Origin: a virus
Lineage: Duplodnaviria > Heunggongvirae > Uroviricota > Caudoviricetes
Length of the DNA stretch: 64,000 nucleotides
IMG/VR virus record: IMGVR_UViG_3300037454_000603
Coordinates: 15,646 to 79,645 of that record
Reading direction: 5' to 3' (one strand)
This document shows, one piece after another, positions 30,441 through 39,963 of the stretch (position 1 is its first letter; every line of letters starts with the position of its first letter). Under the pieces are notes generated by a model. That model saw only the letters and a list, made by a program, of their open reading frames with translations, had not been told where the DNA came from and made no database searches. Made by a program: the position numbers and the translations under genes.

Positions 30441-30878
30441 TTAACAGCTGCTGTCTTCCAGTTTTCTTTGCTGTTCTTCAATCTGCTCTTCTATTCGAGT
30501 AGCTTCAAGCCTTTTTAATTTAAGAGCCGTCTTTAATCTGTTAAGTTCAGCGTTTTTCTCAGCTTGTTCTTTTCTTCTTTTTTCTTCTTCTATAAGTTCA
30601 TCGAGCTCTTCGTCCGTCATATTAAACCACTCATAACGAATATCAAATTCTTCTGTATAACATTGCCCACGATACACGCTATCCCACATTAATGTAATAG
30701 TTGACTCATTAAAAGATAAATCAAATTCCCAAGGCTCACTCGACGGGACATCAGAACAAAATTTTTTGGCTATATCCCTCGCCGCAATTTTCAATTCATC
30801 TGTAAGTCTATTAATTTCGGTAATGTTATCAATAGAAAATCTTGTTCTCATACTTAATTTCTTCCTTTCTTTTACCAA
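30441..30878 (-). CDS. Hypothetical coiled-coil protein
   Basis: Intact ORF. Confidence 0.45.
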   Translation of the reverse strand: MVKERKKLSMRTRFSIDNITEINRLTDELKIAARDIAKKFCSDVPSSEPWEFDLSFNESTITLMWDSVYRGQCYTEEFDIRYEWFNMTDEELDELIEEEKRRKEQAEKNAELNRLKTALKLKRLEATRIEEQIEEQQRKLEDSSC

Positions 30879-31192
30879 TCCACAGTAAGTCTATATCCTT
30901 CTATTTTTAAGGCGGTTCCCGTTAGCTCTCTTATACAAGTTGAATAGCCTTCTTTTTTATAACAATCAGATAATTCATCTATAACATCTTCAATTTGATA
31001 AATATCTTCAAAGTTAGTTTCGGTTGTATAAAGAGTTAATTCAATATCGGCGTTACTTTCACCACAAAAAGACCTATTTTTTATAGCTTCCTTCATCATT
31101 TTGTTAGCTATCCACAAATTTCGATCAATTTTGCCAGAATGAAGGTCTGTTCTCTCCATCGCTTTCTTTATAGAATAAGGTTTAATATTCAT
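30872..31192 (-). CDS. Hypothetical protein
   Basis: Intact ORF. Confidence 0.45.
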   Translation of the reverse strand: MNIKPYSIKKAMERTDLHSGKIDRNLWIANKMMKEAIKNRSFCGESNADIELTLYTTETNFEDIYQIEDVIDELSDCYKKEGYSTCIRELTGTALKIEGYRLTVDW

Positions 31193-31427
31193 ATTTCTCT
31201 TCCTTTCTTAAAAGACACCCTGCTAAGTAACCATCTCTAAAGGCTTCCATTATATCATAAAACATATCACGTTCTTCTGGCTCAATCCAATCTTCAAGTA
31301 TATTTTCTAGAATATTAAGTTCGTAATCCTTCATCTTAGTGAAACTTACATTATTAAAAGGAAGATTAAATTTATAAATTGCATAATTTATCGCTGCTCG
31401 CCTAGCTTTATTTTCCATTTCATTCAT
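31182..31427 (-). CDS. Hypothetical protein
   Basis: Intact ORF; promoter module at 31440-31490. Confidence 0.45.
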   Translation of the reverse strand: MNEMENKARRAAINYAIYKFNLPFNNVSFTKMKDYELNILENILEDWIEPEERDMFYDIMEAFRDGYLAGCLLRKEEKYEY

Positions 31428-31519
31428 TAATTTTTCACCCTTTTCTTTTTTCTATAACAATTATATCACAAAAAATAAAAAAAGTCAAAGAATTTTCTTC
31501 TTTGACTTTTCTTTAACTA

Positions 31520-32398
31520 TTACTTTTCTACCGTAGCTTCCTTTGAAATAGAATCTTCTATGTTAAAGATGAAGCCGTTACCTTCTCCAACAACCTTGGG
31601 CATTATACCGTCCCAACGTTCAATCTGATTAAAGTAAAGAACGTTCTGGTCAATAGACTCTGAAATCTTCTTATTGGCCTCTGCCTGAGCCTCAGCCTTT
31701 GCAAGAATAGCTTCTGCTTCTGCTTGTGCGGCGATAGTTTTTTCTGAAGCCGCGGCCTCAGCTTCTACTACTCGTCTTGCTTTTTCTGTCTCTGCTCTCA
31801 GTTTGTCCTGCTCTGCGATTTGCTTCTGTTCTATTGCATCATCATATTCCTTAGAAAAATCAAAATTAACAATAGAAAATTTCTCAATATAAATTCCATA
31901 AGAATTTAGTTTGTTATCGAGGGCAGTCTTAATTTCATCACCAACTATGTCACGCTGAGCTATCAAATTTTCAGCAGTATAACGAGCAGTAGCAGCTTTA
32001 ATTGATTCTTGTGCCGCGGGCGCAATTAAAATTGTCTCATAATCAAGTCCAACATTTTGATACATAGAAGCACTTGAATCTCCGACAAGGCGATAGTTGA
32101 TTGCAACTTTTGAATTTACAGACTGAAGATCCTTAGACACTGCACCAGCGTCAGCTTCAAGAAGTTGTACTTTATTAGACATATCAACTACGTTTGTAAT
32201 AAAAGGAGTCTTTAAATGAAAACCTTCATTATAAGTATCCTTTGATACACTACCAAGTCGTACTATTACGCCAGTGCAACCAGGTGGCACGATTGTTATT
32301 GAACTTAAAATTACTATTAAAGCAATTATGGCAATCGCTACAAAAACTATAACTCTTTTAAGTGGAAACTTTACGATAGTTGTATTAGTCTTATTCAT
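31520..32398 (-). CDS. SPFH/band-7 (prohibitin/HflC-like) membrane protein with an A/E-rich coiled-coil tail
   Basis: N-terminal TM segment, SPFH-like core, AEAEA repeats; RBS AGGAGG before MNKTNTT. Confidence 0.6.
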   Translation of the reverse strand: MNKTNTTIVKFPLKRVIVFVAIAIIALIVILSSITIVPPGCTGVIVRLGSVSKDTYNEGFHLKTPFITNVVDMSNKVQLLEADAGAVSKDLQSVNSKVAINYRLVGDSSASMYQNVGLDYETILIAPAAQESIKAATARYTAENLIAQRDIVGDEIKTALDNKLNSYGIYIEKFSIVNFDFSKEYDDAIEQKQIAEQDKLRAETEKARRVVEAEAAASEKTIAAQAEAEAILAKAEAQAEANKKISESIDQNVLYFNQIERWDGIMPKVVGEGNGFIFNIEDSISKEATVEK

Positions 32399-32411
32399 TT
32401 TTTTCCTCCTA

Positions 32412-34110
32412 TTATTCCTTATTACCCTGAGCCGCGATACCATTAAAATTAAATATGTTATTACCACCGCACATCTGGCTCATAAGTATCATGGTAAGAA
32501 AATCATTATCATTACCGTCTTTACTCATAAATATAAAAGGAAGCATCTGATTCATGTTAGTATTGTTACCCATCATCTGAGACATCATAAGGAACTTAAT
32601 CATATCACCGTCGTTGCCCTTGGTTATATCGCTAAACATCATAAGAGGCATCATGTTTCCAAAAGGAGTATTCTCATTTGCAGTATTTGCAAAACTTTCA
32701 AAAGGATTAATAACCTTAGTCATATAATTAAATCCGAAAATATTGACCTGTGGAATTATAGTCTTAACGTCACCGCCAATAGGATTTACTACCTTCACAC
32801 CATCATCTACAAGTTCCTTAACAATTACATAATCACCCTTAAATCTTACAACGTCATTAGGCTGAATCTGATTCACAGCAACAGGCATTGCAAACATAGG
32901 TGCCTCAATGGTCATACCAGTTACATCAATTGCTCGATTGTCCTTGTAAACAAAAAACTTGCCACTCTTATCTGCAAAAGCAACACCATTTATAGAATAC
33001 TTAATCTTATTTGTAGTAAGCTTACCAAAATCTACATCATTAAATATATTATTGAAAATCTCACTCATATTACTTTTTTCCTCCTTGTTTTTAATTACCT
33101 CTATGTTTGAATGATTTTGAAAATTAATACAGCAATCAGAAAATGATGCCGTTGAACTTATTTGATCTAAATCACTAGAAGATATAAAAAGACCTTCTTT
33201 ATTTGTGTTATTAACAAGACCATTATGATTAATTAAAGGTTTTAATATATCTTCTTCATTTAAAATGAGCTTATTATTATTAAGATTAATTACTTCATTA
33301 ACATATCGCCTTTTTAATTCATGATAATCAATAGTAGTATATCTACCACAATTATCGAGAGAACTATAACTAAGTTTAGAATTATTATAATTTACAGAAA
33401 CTTCATTTTTTTCAACAAAATTTTTAATCCATTCTGTACCAAATTCATTTTCAAAAATCTGTGCTTTTATAATAATTTTCCATTCTTTCTTATCTATTAA
33501 ATAAGTAATATTATCTTCATCTACAGTTGTTTTACCTTCAATTCTTATATCAGTATCCTTATATGATGGAACATAATCATAAGTTTTCAAAAATCTATCT
33601 GTATTATTTCTTAGCTCTTTAATATGAATAATGTCTCCAATTTGTAATTTATCGTAGAGCTCTTTATCAAGAATTTCATAAGGATAAACTTTTGACTCTA
33701 AAGCAAAAACTCCTCTATTACTAGCAAAACGTACAAAGACTATATTATGCAACTTCTCTTCTCCTTTCTTTTGATTTAAATCAATTGGTAAAATTTCAAA
33801 ATATTCGGTTTCGGTCTAATAAGTTATCGTCCCATCTGTAGAAGCTTCTTTAAAAAACAAAAGTCTACCTAGCCTATTAGTTAATCGAATACAGACAAGT
33901 TTACCATTAATAACACCCGTATAACGAATTTCTCTCCATTCAGTTCCATTTTTATTGAAATCTTTAAGGCTCAACAAAGGAGTATCAGTAGAGAAAGTAA
34001 ATTCTGCCATACTTCCATAGCATGAGACTTCTAATTGTAAATTAAAAGCTTCTATTATCTAAGGCTCTTTTGTATCGTAAATAATTGTTATAGTCTCACT
34101 CATAATTTCC
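32412..34110 (-). CDS. Large hypothetical protein with a Met/Asn-rich C-terminus and in-frame TAG codons in its N-terminal third
   Basis: ORFs 32412-33752 and 33816-34010 are joined through TAG codons; boundaries approximate. Confidence 0.4.
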
Positions 34111-34167
34111 TCCTTTCTTTTATTTTCTATATTAATTATACTATAAAATAAAAGAAAAGTCAAAAAA

Positions 34168-34494
34168 TTATTTTTTGTCTCCCTTCATCCATGCGCCGCA
34201 AGTAGGACAATAATCAGTCATTATACGACTTTGAGGTTCGCTTTTACAGTTTGAACAATAAGGATAGTAGCCATCAGAACAAATTTCCCATTTTGCGGCA
34301 GGAGTTAAAGAAACAGCTTCAGTAATAGGAAGCTTTTCAACTTCTCTAATCACGTCTTCAATTTGACAATCACCAGTACAATAATCGCAAAAGTCGCAAA
34401 AATCTTCCTTAATCATATTCATAAAATCACTTTTTTTGATAAATCCTTCCATTGATAACAACTCTCCCTTAAAAGTCATAATATAATTTTCCAT
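34168..34494 (-). CDS. Cys-rich zinc-finger protein
   Basis: Intact ORF; GC motif/SD upstream. Confidence 0.5.
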   Translation of the reverse strand: MENYIMTFKGELLSMEGFIKKSDFMNMIKEDFCDFCDYCTGDCQIEDVIREVEKLPITEAVSLTPAAKWEICSDGYYPYCSNCKSEPQSRIMTDYCPTCGAWMKGDKK

Positions 34495-34566
34495 TTTAAT
34501 CCCTCTTCATTTGCGCCGCCAGTACATTTAAAAAGGCTTAGTTATAAAAACTAAGCCATAAGCTAA

Positions 34567-34637
34567 AGCGGCATAGGGTAATCGAAACCCCATCTAGGCG
34601 GTGGAAGCGCCTCATTCTACCATTAAACTAATGCCGC
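34567..34637 (-). tRNA. tRNA-Gly (UCC)
   Basis: Acceptor GCGGCAT/ATGCCGC; anticodon stem AGGCG/CGCCT; loop CTTCCAC. Confidence 0.7.
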
Positions 34638-34693
34638 AAAGAATAGGAGCCAACGCAGGCGCTAAGCTCCCGAAGAACATAAGTTCTTGTTCA

Positions 34694-36157
34694 TCAAGCC
34701 CAAGTAAACTCGGGCTTAGTTAAAATTTCTTCCATTGCTTCAAAAGCACTTTTATTAATCAAAGTCTGCATGAATTTGAAAGTTCCAGTACTTTGACCAG
34801 AAACATAGCCAACATTTTCACTACATCTTGAAAGAGTATTGTTGCTTCTAGATTCAACATTCCAGTAGATAATCTTGCTCATAGGAACTCCAATATATTC
34901 AAACTTTTTCTTCCACTTTTCAGCTATTGATTCGCAATAATCCTGTCCTGCCCAACTATTAACTTCCATATCTGAAATTATTACAATTGCTTTGGGAGCA
35001 TCATGACTCATTCGAGCAACTTCATAAACCTTAGCAAAAACTGCATCAAGGTTAGTTGACCAACCCCAGTTAGCACTCATGACCTGTCTTACGCACTGAG
35101 TTAAAGACCAATTATCAGAAATCTTATGGAAAGAAGGACTAGAGGAAAAATTACAAAAAATATTATGATATTCTCCATGATTTCTCTGGGCAAAATAAAT
35201 TGCAAGACCAACAGCAGTAGAAATAGGTCGATAACCATCGTATTCCATGGAACCACTGGTATCAGCTACTACGAGTATATTATCACTTTCGCCCACATAG
35301 TTAGGAAGTGCCTTCCACTGTTCCTCAGCTATAGTGTCAAGCTCTCTAACACTCTTGGAGCAAAGAGGCTTGACAATATCATAAGGATAAAGAGTTGCCG
35401 CATTAACCTTGGCTTCTCCCTTTACAAGAGCATCCTTATACTTCTGGAATCTCTCAGGAACTCTCTTGTTAAAAGTAGAAATATATCTACTCATAGCTAC
35501 GGAAGGAACGCCCTCAAAGTTAATTTCATTCCACTGGCCAGCGCTCATCTTCTTTTCGACCACGTCTATATACTTTCTCATTGTGGAAAGAGTCTTACGA
35601 TAAGTTCTAGGAGTTACACTAAACTTTTTGCAAAACTTATTTGCCAACTTTCTGGTTTCGTCAGATGAAGTATTAATAGATGGCATCCATTTAGCAAGCA
35701 AAGTAATGGGTTTATTCTCTCTCATATTCTTCACATCAGTTCGAAATTGAGTCTCGACAAACTGCCACATTTCAGTTTCAACTGATGTTCCTTCAAAAAC
35801 AAAAAGGTCGTCCCATCTACCTGTATCAACAATCTTCTGGAAATTCTTCTTTATCTTCTCGGAATTAAATTTGGCAAGCTCTTTGAGAAGGAGTCGCCCA
35901 ATTCGTCTCTCTCCAAGACCACCATCTCTTACATTTCTAGCATAAAGGACGAGGTTATCCGCAAGTTCTTCATTTTCACGTCTCGCCGCCTTCCAAGTCT
36001 GAATTATATCTATATCTTCTCTATTCCTCATACCACCAATGTTAGCGAAAAGATCAAGCAAATCGCCGCCATCAGTGGTATTAAAACAACGTCCGCCATT
36101 CTCAGTATAAGTCTTAATTGCTTCATTCTTAAACATATCTGCAAAACTCATTTCCAT
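34694..36157 (-). CDS. rsr: Ro60/Rsr orthologue. N-terminal TROVE domain plus C-terminal vWA domain (MIDAS motif DTSGSM).
   Basis: Domain order and the MIDAS motif read by eye; an adjacent Y-RNA-like element lies at 36190-36292. Confidence 0.6.
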   Translation of the reverse strand: MEMSFADMFKNEAIKTYTENGGRCFNTTDGGDLLDLFANIGGMRNREDIDIIQTWKAARRENEELADNLVLYARNVRDGGLGERRIGRLLLKELAKFNSEKIKKNFQKIVDTGRWDDLFVFEGTSVETEMWQFVETQFRTDVKNMRENKPITLLAKWMPSINTSSDETRKLANKFCKKFSVTPRTYRKTLSTMRKYIDVVEKKMSAGQWNEINFEGVPSVAMSRYISTFNKRVPERFQKYKDALVKGEAKVNAATLYPYDIVKPLCSKSVRELDTIAEEQWKALPNYVGESDNILVVADTSGSMEYDGYRPISTAVGLAIYFAQRNHGEYHNIFCNFSSSPSFHKISDNWSLTQCVRQVMSANWGWSTNLDAVFAKVYEVARMSHDAPKAIVIISDMEVNSWAGQDYCESIAEKWKKKFEYIGVPMSKIIYWNVESRSNNTLSRCSENVGYVSGQSTGTFKFMQTLINKSAFEAMEEILTKPEFTWA

Positions 36158-36189
36158 TTCTCCTTTTAACTCAAGATAATTTTTAATTT

Positions 36190-36292
36190 GTTGCTGTTTT
36201 ATCTTACTATCACGACGGTCATTCGGGCACCGTGCCCTATTTTTTTAAGGAGGGAGTCGAACCCTGCCCAAGCAATTCTGGGAGCTTTTATT
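36190..36292 (-). ncRNA. Y-RNA-like (YrlA-like) structured RNA. The 5' and 3' ends pair (ACGACGGT/ACCGTCGT). It contains a tRNA-like T-arm (GGGTTCGACTCCC) and an internal hairpin GGGCACGGTGCCC. It lies between the promoter module (36310-36360) and rsr.
   Basis: Seen in the sequence; synteny with the Ro60 orthologue. Confidence 0.5.
36228..36262 (+). terminator. Plus-strand intrinsic terminator GGGCAC-CG-GTGCCC then TATTTTTTT. It is embedded in the Y-RNA-like element.
   Basis: GC stem followed by a T-run on the plus strand. Confidence 0.45.
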
Positions 36293-36374
36293 TTTGGTTT
36301 GCTGAACCGTCGTTTTTAATTTTCTATAAATAGTATAACAAAATTTTCAAATAAAATCAAATTTTTAATTTAGT

Positions 36375-36587
36375 TCATATCTCTTTGAATGCATATATTT
36401 GCTCTAACAATTCAGAATAACAACCATAGAAACTGTTATCATATACTGTATTGCTGATATTACATGGATCAAACTTAACTCTGAACCTTGTTTTTTCTTT
36501 GCCATTATCGCAAATACATTTTTCTATCTCAGTTATCGTACCCCAGTAACCCTGAACACAAACTTTCATACCTATTGTGATATTCAT
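36375..36587 (-). CDS. Hypothetical protein
   Basis: Intact ORF; promoter module at 36630-36690. Confidence 0.45.
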   Translation of the reverse strand: MNITIGMKVCVQGYWGTITEIEKCICDNGKEKTRFRVKFDPCNISNTVYDNSFYGCYSELLEQIYAFKEI

Positions 36588-36703
36588 ATTTTATACCGTC
36601 CTTTTCAGTTTTTCCAAGGATTTTCCGTTTTCTTTTTACTATAATAATTATAGCAAAAAATTTTAAAAAGTCAAATAATATTAATTATCCAGTTTAATTT
36701 TGA

Positions 36704-36916
36704 TTACTTTTTGTGAAATCTAATTGAGTCTTTATATGAAGCTCTTCGACCACAACAGGGACATTTGCAATACACATCAAAAGGTAAGCAAGGCGGCGTA
36801 ATAGATACATCTCTATCTCCTCTATCCGCCTTCCATTCACATTCACAAACTGAACAATAAAAGAAAAATTCACCTATTCTACGATATTGAGATTTTCCTG
36901 CTTTAACTACTCTCAT
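36704..36916 (-). CDS. Zinc-ribbon protein
   Basis: Intact ORF; promoter module at 36940-36990. Confidence 0.45.
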   Translation of the reverse strand: MRVVKAGKSQYRRIGEFFFYCSVCECEWKADRGDRDVSITPPCLPFDVYCKCPCCGRRASYKDSIRFHKK

Positions 36917-37017
36917 ATTATTTTCTCTCTTTCTTTTTTTATTATAATTATTATAACAAAAAATTTTAAAAAAGTCAAATAAAAAGAAAGACTATATAAA
37001 CATAGTCTTCCTTATGC

Positions 37018-37105
37018 TGGCGCCGCAGGAAAGATTCGAACTTTCAGACTCTTACAAGCCGATGCTTTTCAAGAGCACGCCTCCTCCCCTCTAAGGTACT
37101 GCGGC
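37018..37105 (-). tRNA. tRNA-Ser (UGA), type II, CCA encoded
   Basis: Acceptor GCCGCAG/CTGCGGC; loop CTTGAAA; long variable arm. Confidence 0.7.
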
Positions 37106-37117
37106 AAATACAAGACA

Positions 37118-37230
37118 CTATTAATTAAACTCCGCTCTACCGACTGAGCTATTCTCCCATAAAATAGGAGAAGATGGATTCGAACCATCGACACGAGGCT
37201 TAAAAAGCAAATTAAGCGAGTTGCTGTAGT
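37118..37230 (-). tRNA. Permuted or fragmented type-II tRNA. A 3' half (anticodon-stem 3' strand AACTC, long variable hairpin GCTTAAtttgctttTTAAGC, T-arm GATGG-TTCGAAT-CCATC, acceptor TTCTCCT) sits upstream of its cognate 5' half (GGGAGAA, D-stem GCTC/GAGC, anticodon-stem 5' strand GAGTT). The flanks are 9-bp complementary (TAGTGTCTT/AAGACACTA).
   Basis: The halves complement each other but are in reverse genomic order. Confidence 0.4.
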
Positions 37231-37238
37231 GTCTTAAT

Positions 37239-37315
37239 TGGTTTCTCGGCTCCGAATTGAACGGAGGTTTCAAGCTTTTAGAGAGCTGAATGCTGACCAC
37301 TTACACTACCGAGAA
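37239..37315 (-). tRNA. Amber suppressor tRNA, anticodon CUA (loop CTCTAAA), U1-A72 Gln-like acceptor, CCA encoded
   Basis: Acceptor TTCTCGG/CCGAGAA; D-stem GTGT/GCAT; anticodon stem CAGCT/AGCTT; T-arm CTCCG-TTCAATT-CGGAG. Confidence 0.8.
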
Positions 37316-37321
37316 ATATTA

Positions 37322-37990
37322 TTAAATTTTATCCCATTCTTCATTGGAATAAGAATTAATGTCTTTTTTTCTTCTTGGAAGTCCATATTTATCACACCAT
37401 TTTCTTACTGCATTATCGGATACATTACAATTTTTTCCTATTTCACTAAAAGAAAATTGACGTATCCTTTGCTTAAGTTCTTCTCGTGTAAAAGGACATT
37501 TCCATTTCTTCTCTTTCTTTTCCTCTTTTTCTTCTTTTTTTCTTATGGGATAAGATTGATTCTTTTGCTTCCACATTTTCCCATTGTTTATCTAGGATAT
37601 TAAACAATGACTAACGTTATATTTCTTTGCAATTTCTTCCCCAGTAAGAGAAGCGTTTTTTAAATCATATACAATTTCATTTGCAATATTCCAGTTAATT
37701 TTGTACTACATATTTTCAATAGTACTCATATTATATCCATTCGGGGTCATTGTATTATATTTATTTATATAATATTTTTCTTTATCATTAAGTTCTGTCA
37801 AGGCGCATTCTTCTATTACCTCGAAAGAGAAGTTCTCTTTTCCATACTCTCGCATTGCCTAATATAATAAAGTATTCTTTGTATTCATTTTATTCTAATG
37901 TTCTCTCCATCTTCTTCTAATATCATTGGACTATCCAATATAAGACATTCCATTAGATTTATTAGTAACTTTATAAATTCCTATCATTTA
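37322..37990 (-). CDS. GIY-YIG homing endonuclease (MIGIYKVTNKSNGMSYIG-TAG-SNDIRRRWREH-TAG) with the shared C-terminal HTH tail. Four in-frame TAG codons.
   Basis: Hand translation; ORF 37322-37576 is its C-terminus. Confidence 0.7.
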
Positions 37991-38024
37991 AATCACCCTT
38001 AAAATAAATTAGAGAGTATTATAA

Positions 38025-38096
38025 CGCCCTTGGAAGTAATCGAAACCTCATCTTGGGTTCCGTAGACCCACGTCCTATCCATTGAACGACAAGGGC
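38025..38096 (-). tRNA. tRNA-Arg (ACG)
   Basis: Acceptor GCCCTTG/CAAGGGC; anticodon stem TGGGT/ACCCA; loop CTACGGA. Confidence 0.7.
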
Positions 38097-38103
38097 AAAT
38101 TAG

Positions 38104-38176
38104 TCTGAGAACAAGGACTCGAACCTTGACCTGCAGGGCCACAACCTACAATGCTTACCGTTACACCACTCCCAGC
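38104..38176 (-). tRNA. tRNA-His (GUG) with an extra G at -1
   Basis: Anticodon stem GTAGG/CCTGC; loop TTGTGGC; D-stem GTGT/GCAT. Confidence 0.6.
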
Positions 38177-38187
38177 ATATAATTAAT

Positions 38188-38250
38188 ACAGGTGAAGAGA
38201 TTCGAACTCTTACTGTCTGCGTTCTTAGCGCAGTTTCTCTACCAGTTGGA
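38188..38250 (-). tRNA. tRNA with anticodon AAG (Leu-decoding), type-I short variable arm
   Basis: Anticodon stem CTGCG/CGCAG; loop CTAAGAA; T-arm AAGAG-TTCGAAT-CTCTT. Confidence 0.5.
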
Positions 38251-38280
38251 ATACACCTGCATATGCCCCGAAGGGCAATT

Positions 38281-38793
38281 TTATTTAGATAGCATATTTG
38301 CTACACCAGAAGCCGCATAGCTATCTGGCTTAATTCTAGCTTCAAAACCTGAAGCCTCAATCCAACCACAAATTTCTTTTATAAGTTCCTTAGTCTTGCC
38401 GCGGCGACCAATGTCAGCATGAACAGCAAAAGACAAACGATTTTCATCAAACATTATATCAAGATCAATGTTATCTTCAAGTAGTTCTTCTTGAAGAGCA
38501 TCAATGAAACCCATTGCATTCACAATTGAACGGTTAGTTTCTTCGATAATCTTTTCCTTTAGGACTTTTATCTTAGGAATATCTTCTCTGCGGAAGAAAA
38601 AAATACCACCGTCACCAATACGGCAAACAGCTATAACTTCAACCATACGAGTCATTTTGTGATTTTGAGAGTCAGTACCAACAGTTATATCATAACTTTC
38701 TGAAGGATTAACTCTAATGTAATCTGCAATTACCTTAATCATTTCGCTGTAAGAAACTTCCTGACCATTACCACGCTTAAATATCTTTTCCAT
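38281..38793 (-). CDS. Hypothetical protein, possibly RNase H-like fold (ITVGTDSQ)
   Basis: Intact ORF; weak motif only. Confidence 0.3.
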   Translation of the reverse strand: MEKIFKRGNGQEVSYSEMIKVIADYIRVNPSESYDITVGTDSQNHKMTRMVEVIAVCRIGDGGIFFFRREDIPKIKVLKEKIIEETNRSIVNAMGFIDALQEELLEDNIDLDIMFDENRLSFAVHADIGRRGKTKELIKEICGWIEASGFEARIKPDSYAASGVANMLSK

Positions 38794-38889
38794 TTTTGTT
38801 CTACTCCTTTATTTTTTAAATAAAGCAAGACAGTTTAGGTATTGTTTTTAAAAGAAACAGCCATAAAGAGTTGCTGAAACTGTCTTTAA

Positions 38890-39008
38890 TCGAGATGACA
38901 GGACTTGAACCTGCAGCTTCTTGCTCCTGGCGCCAATGGCTGGAGTTGCACCAGCTAATACTCTTCACTGACCAAAGCAAGCCGTCTACCAAATTGACTT
39001 ACATCTCG
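38890..39008 (-). tRNA. Aberrant ~119-nt tRNA-like gene. Acceptor (CGAGATG/CATCTCG) and T-arm are good, but there is a ~45-nt extra segment between the D-arm and T-arm. Anticodon unresolved.
   Basis: CTTGC...GCAAG brackets a 50-nt insert. Confidence 0.4.
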
Positions 39009-39018
39009 TTATATGGAC

Positions 39019-39780
39019 TTAAATTAAAGCCCATTCTTCATCTGTATAGTTATTTATATCTGTCTTTCTTCTAGGTAGTTTTTCAAAATCACACCATTTG
39101 CGAATAGTATTATCAGAAACATTATATATTTTTCCTATTTGAGTAAAAGGTTTTGTACGAATTAATTGTTTTAACTCTTCCCTTGAAGGTCGCTCAACTG
39201 TTCTAAAAAATAACTAATTACATTTTACACATCTAGTAGATTTATAATCTATTTCTGCTCCACAATCTATACAATATTTTTGTTCTCTTTTATCTCCATG
39301 TCTTTTTTTAGATATTGCTTGAATGGGATATTCTCTATCATGTTTCCAATATCGTCCAGTATTAATACCTTGTATCATTTCTACAGATATATTCCACTTT
39401 TCTGCTATTTCTCTATGAAACATATCTGTCTTTTCTAAATCATTTATTATACCAATAATTTTTTCCTTATTAATTTCATTTCCAGAGCTATCTCCGCCAA
39501 TAGTCAAATTATATCCCTCAAAAAATGAATTATACTATTTAATATAGCTTTTTTCTTTTTCATTCAACTCAGAAACTAAACATTCTTCAAGAACTTCAAA
39601 AGTAAAATTTTCAAAACCGTATTTTCTTATTGCTCTGTATAAAGGTTTATCATAATTATGATCATTAGGATTAAATGCAGTTGATTTATGACCTCTCCAT
39701 CTTTTCTTTATATCTTTGCTCTATCCAATATAAACTTTTCCGTTAATCTAGTTTGTAATCTTATAAATTCCTATCATATT
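39019..39780 (-). CDS. GIY-YIG homing endonuclease (MIGIYKITN-TAG-INGKVYIG-TAG-SKDIKKRWRGH) with a zinc ribbon and the shared HTH tail. In-frame TAG codons.
   Basis: Hand translation; ORF 39214-39507 is an internal piece. Confidence 0.65.
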
Positions 39781-39890
39781 TACCACTCTCCATACATCAT
39801 TAACCACTCATTTAATATAAAATTAAGGGAAGAGTGAGTGGTTACTCTTATCAATAGGTTTGCAATTCCTATCTATCCCCTAATATCAAT

Positions 39891-39963
39891 ACCTGTGGGT
39901 GGATTCGAACCTCCAAACAGCGAATTTTAAGTTCGCTCGCTTTGCCAATTAGCGTACACAGGC
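39891..39963 (-). tRNA. tRNA with anticodon UAA (Leu-decoding), short variable arm
   Basis: D-stem CGCT/AGCG; anticodon stem GCGAA/TTCGC; loop CTTAAAA. Confidence 0.55.

Noticed and set aside
34694-34730. Hairpin AAGCCC...GGGCTT at the 3' end of the rsr gene as a terminator
   Set aside because: It lies inside the coding C-terminus (KPEFTWA) and is not followed by a U-tract on the minus strand.
2282-35668. Plus-strand track ORFs (for example 2282-2569, 2521-2865, 23182-23580, 29976-30518, 32274-33110, 35126-35668)
   Set aside because: They are antisense to well-supported minus-strand genes, or lie in AT-rich low-complexity DNA. They have no RBS or promoter and show low-complexity I/L/F/Y-rich translations.
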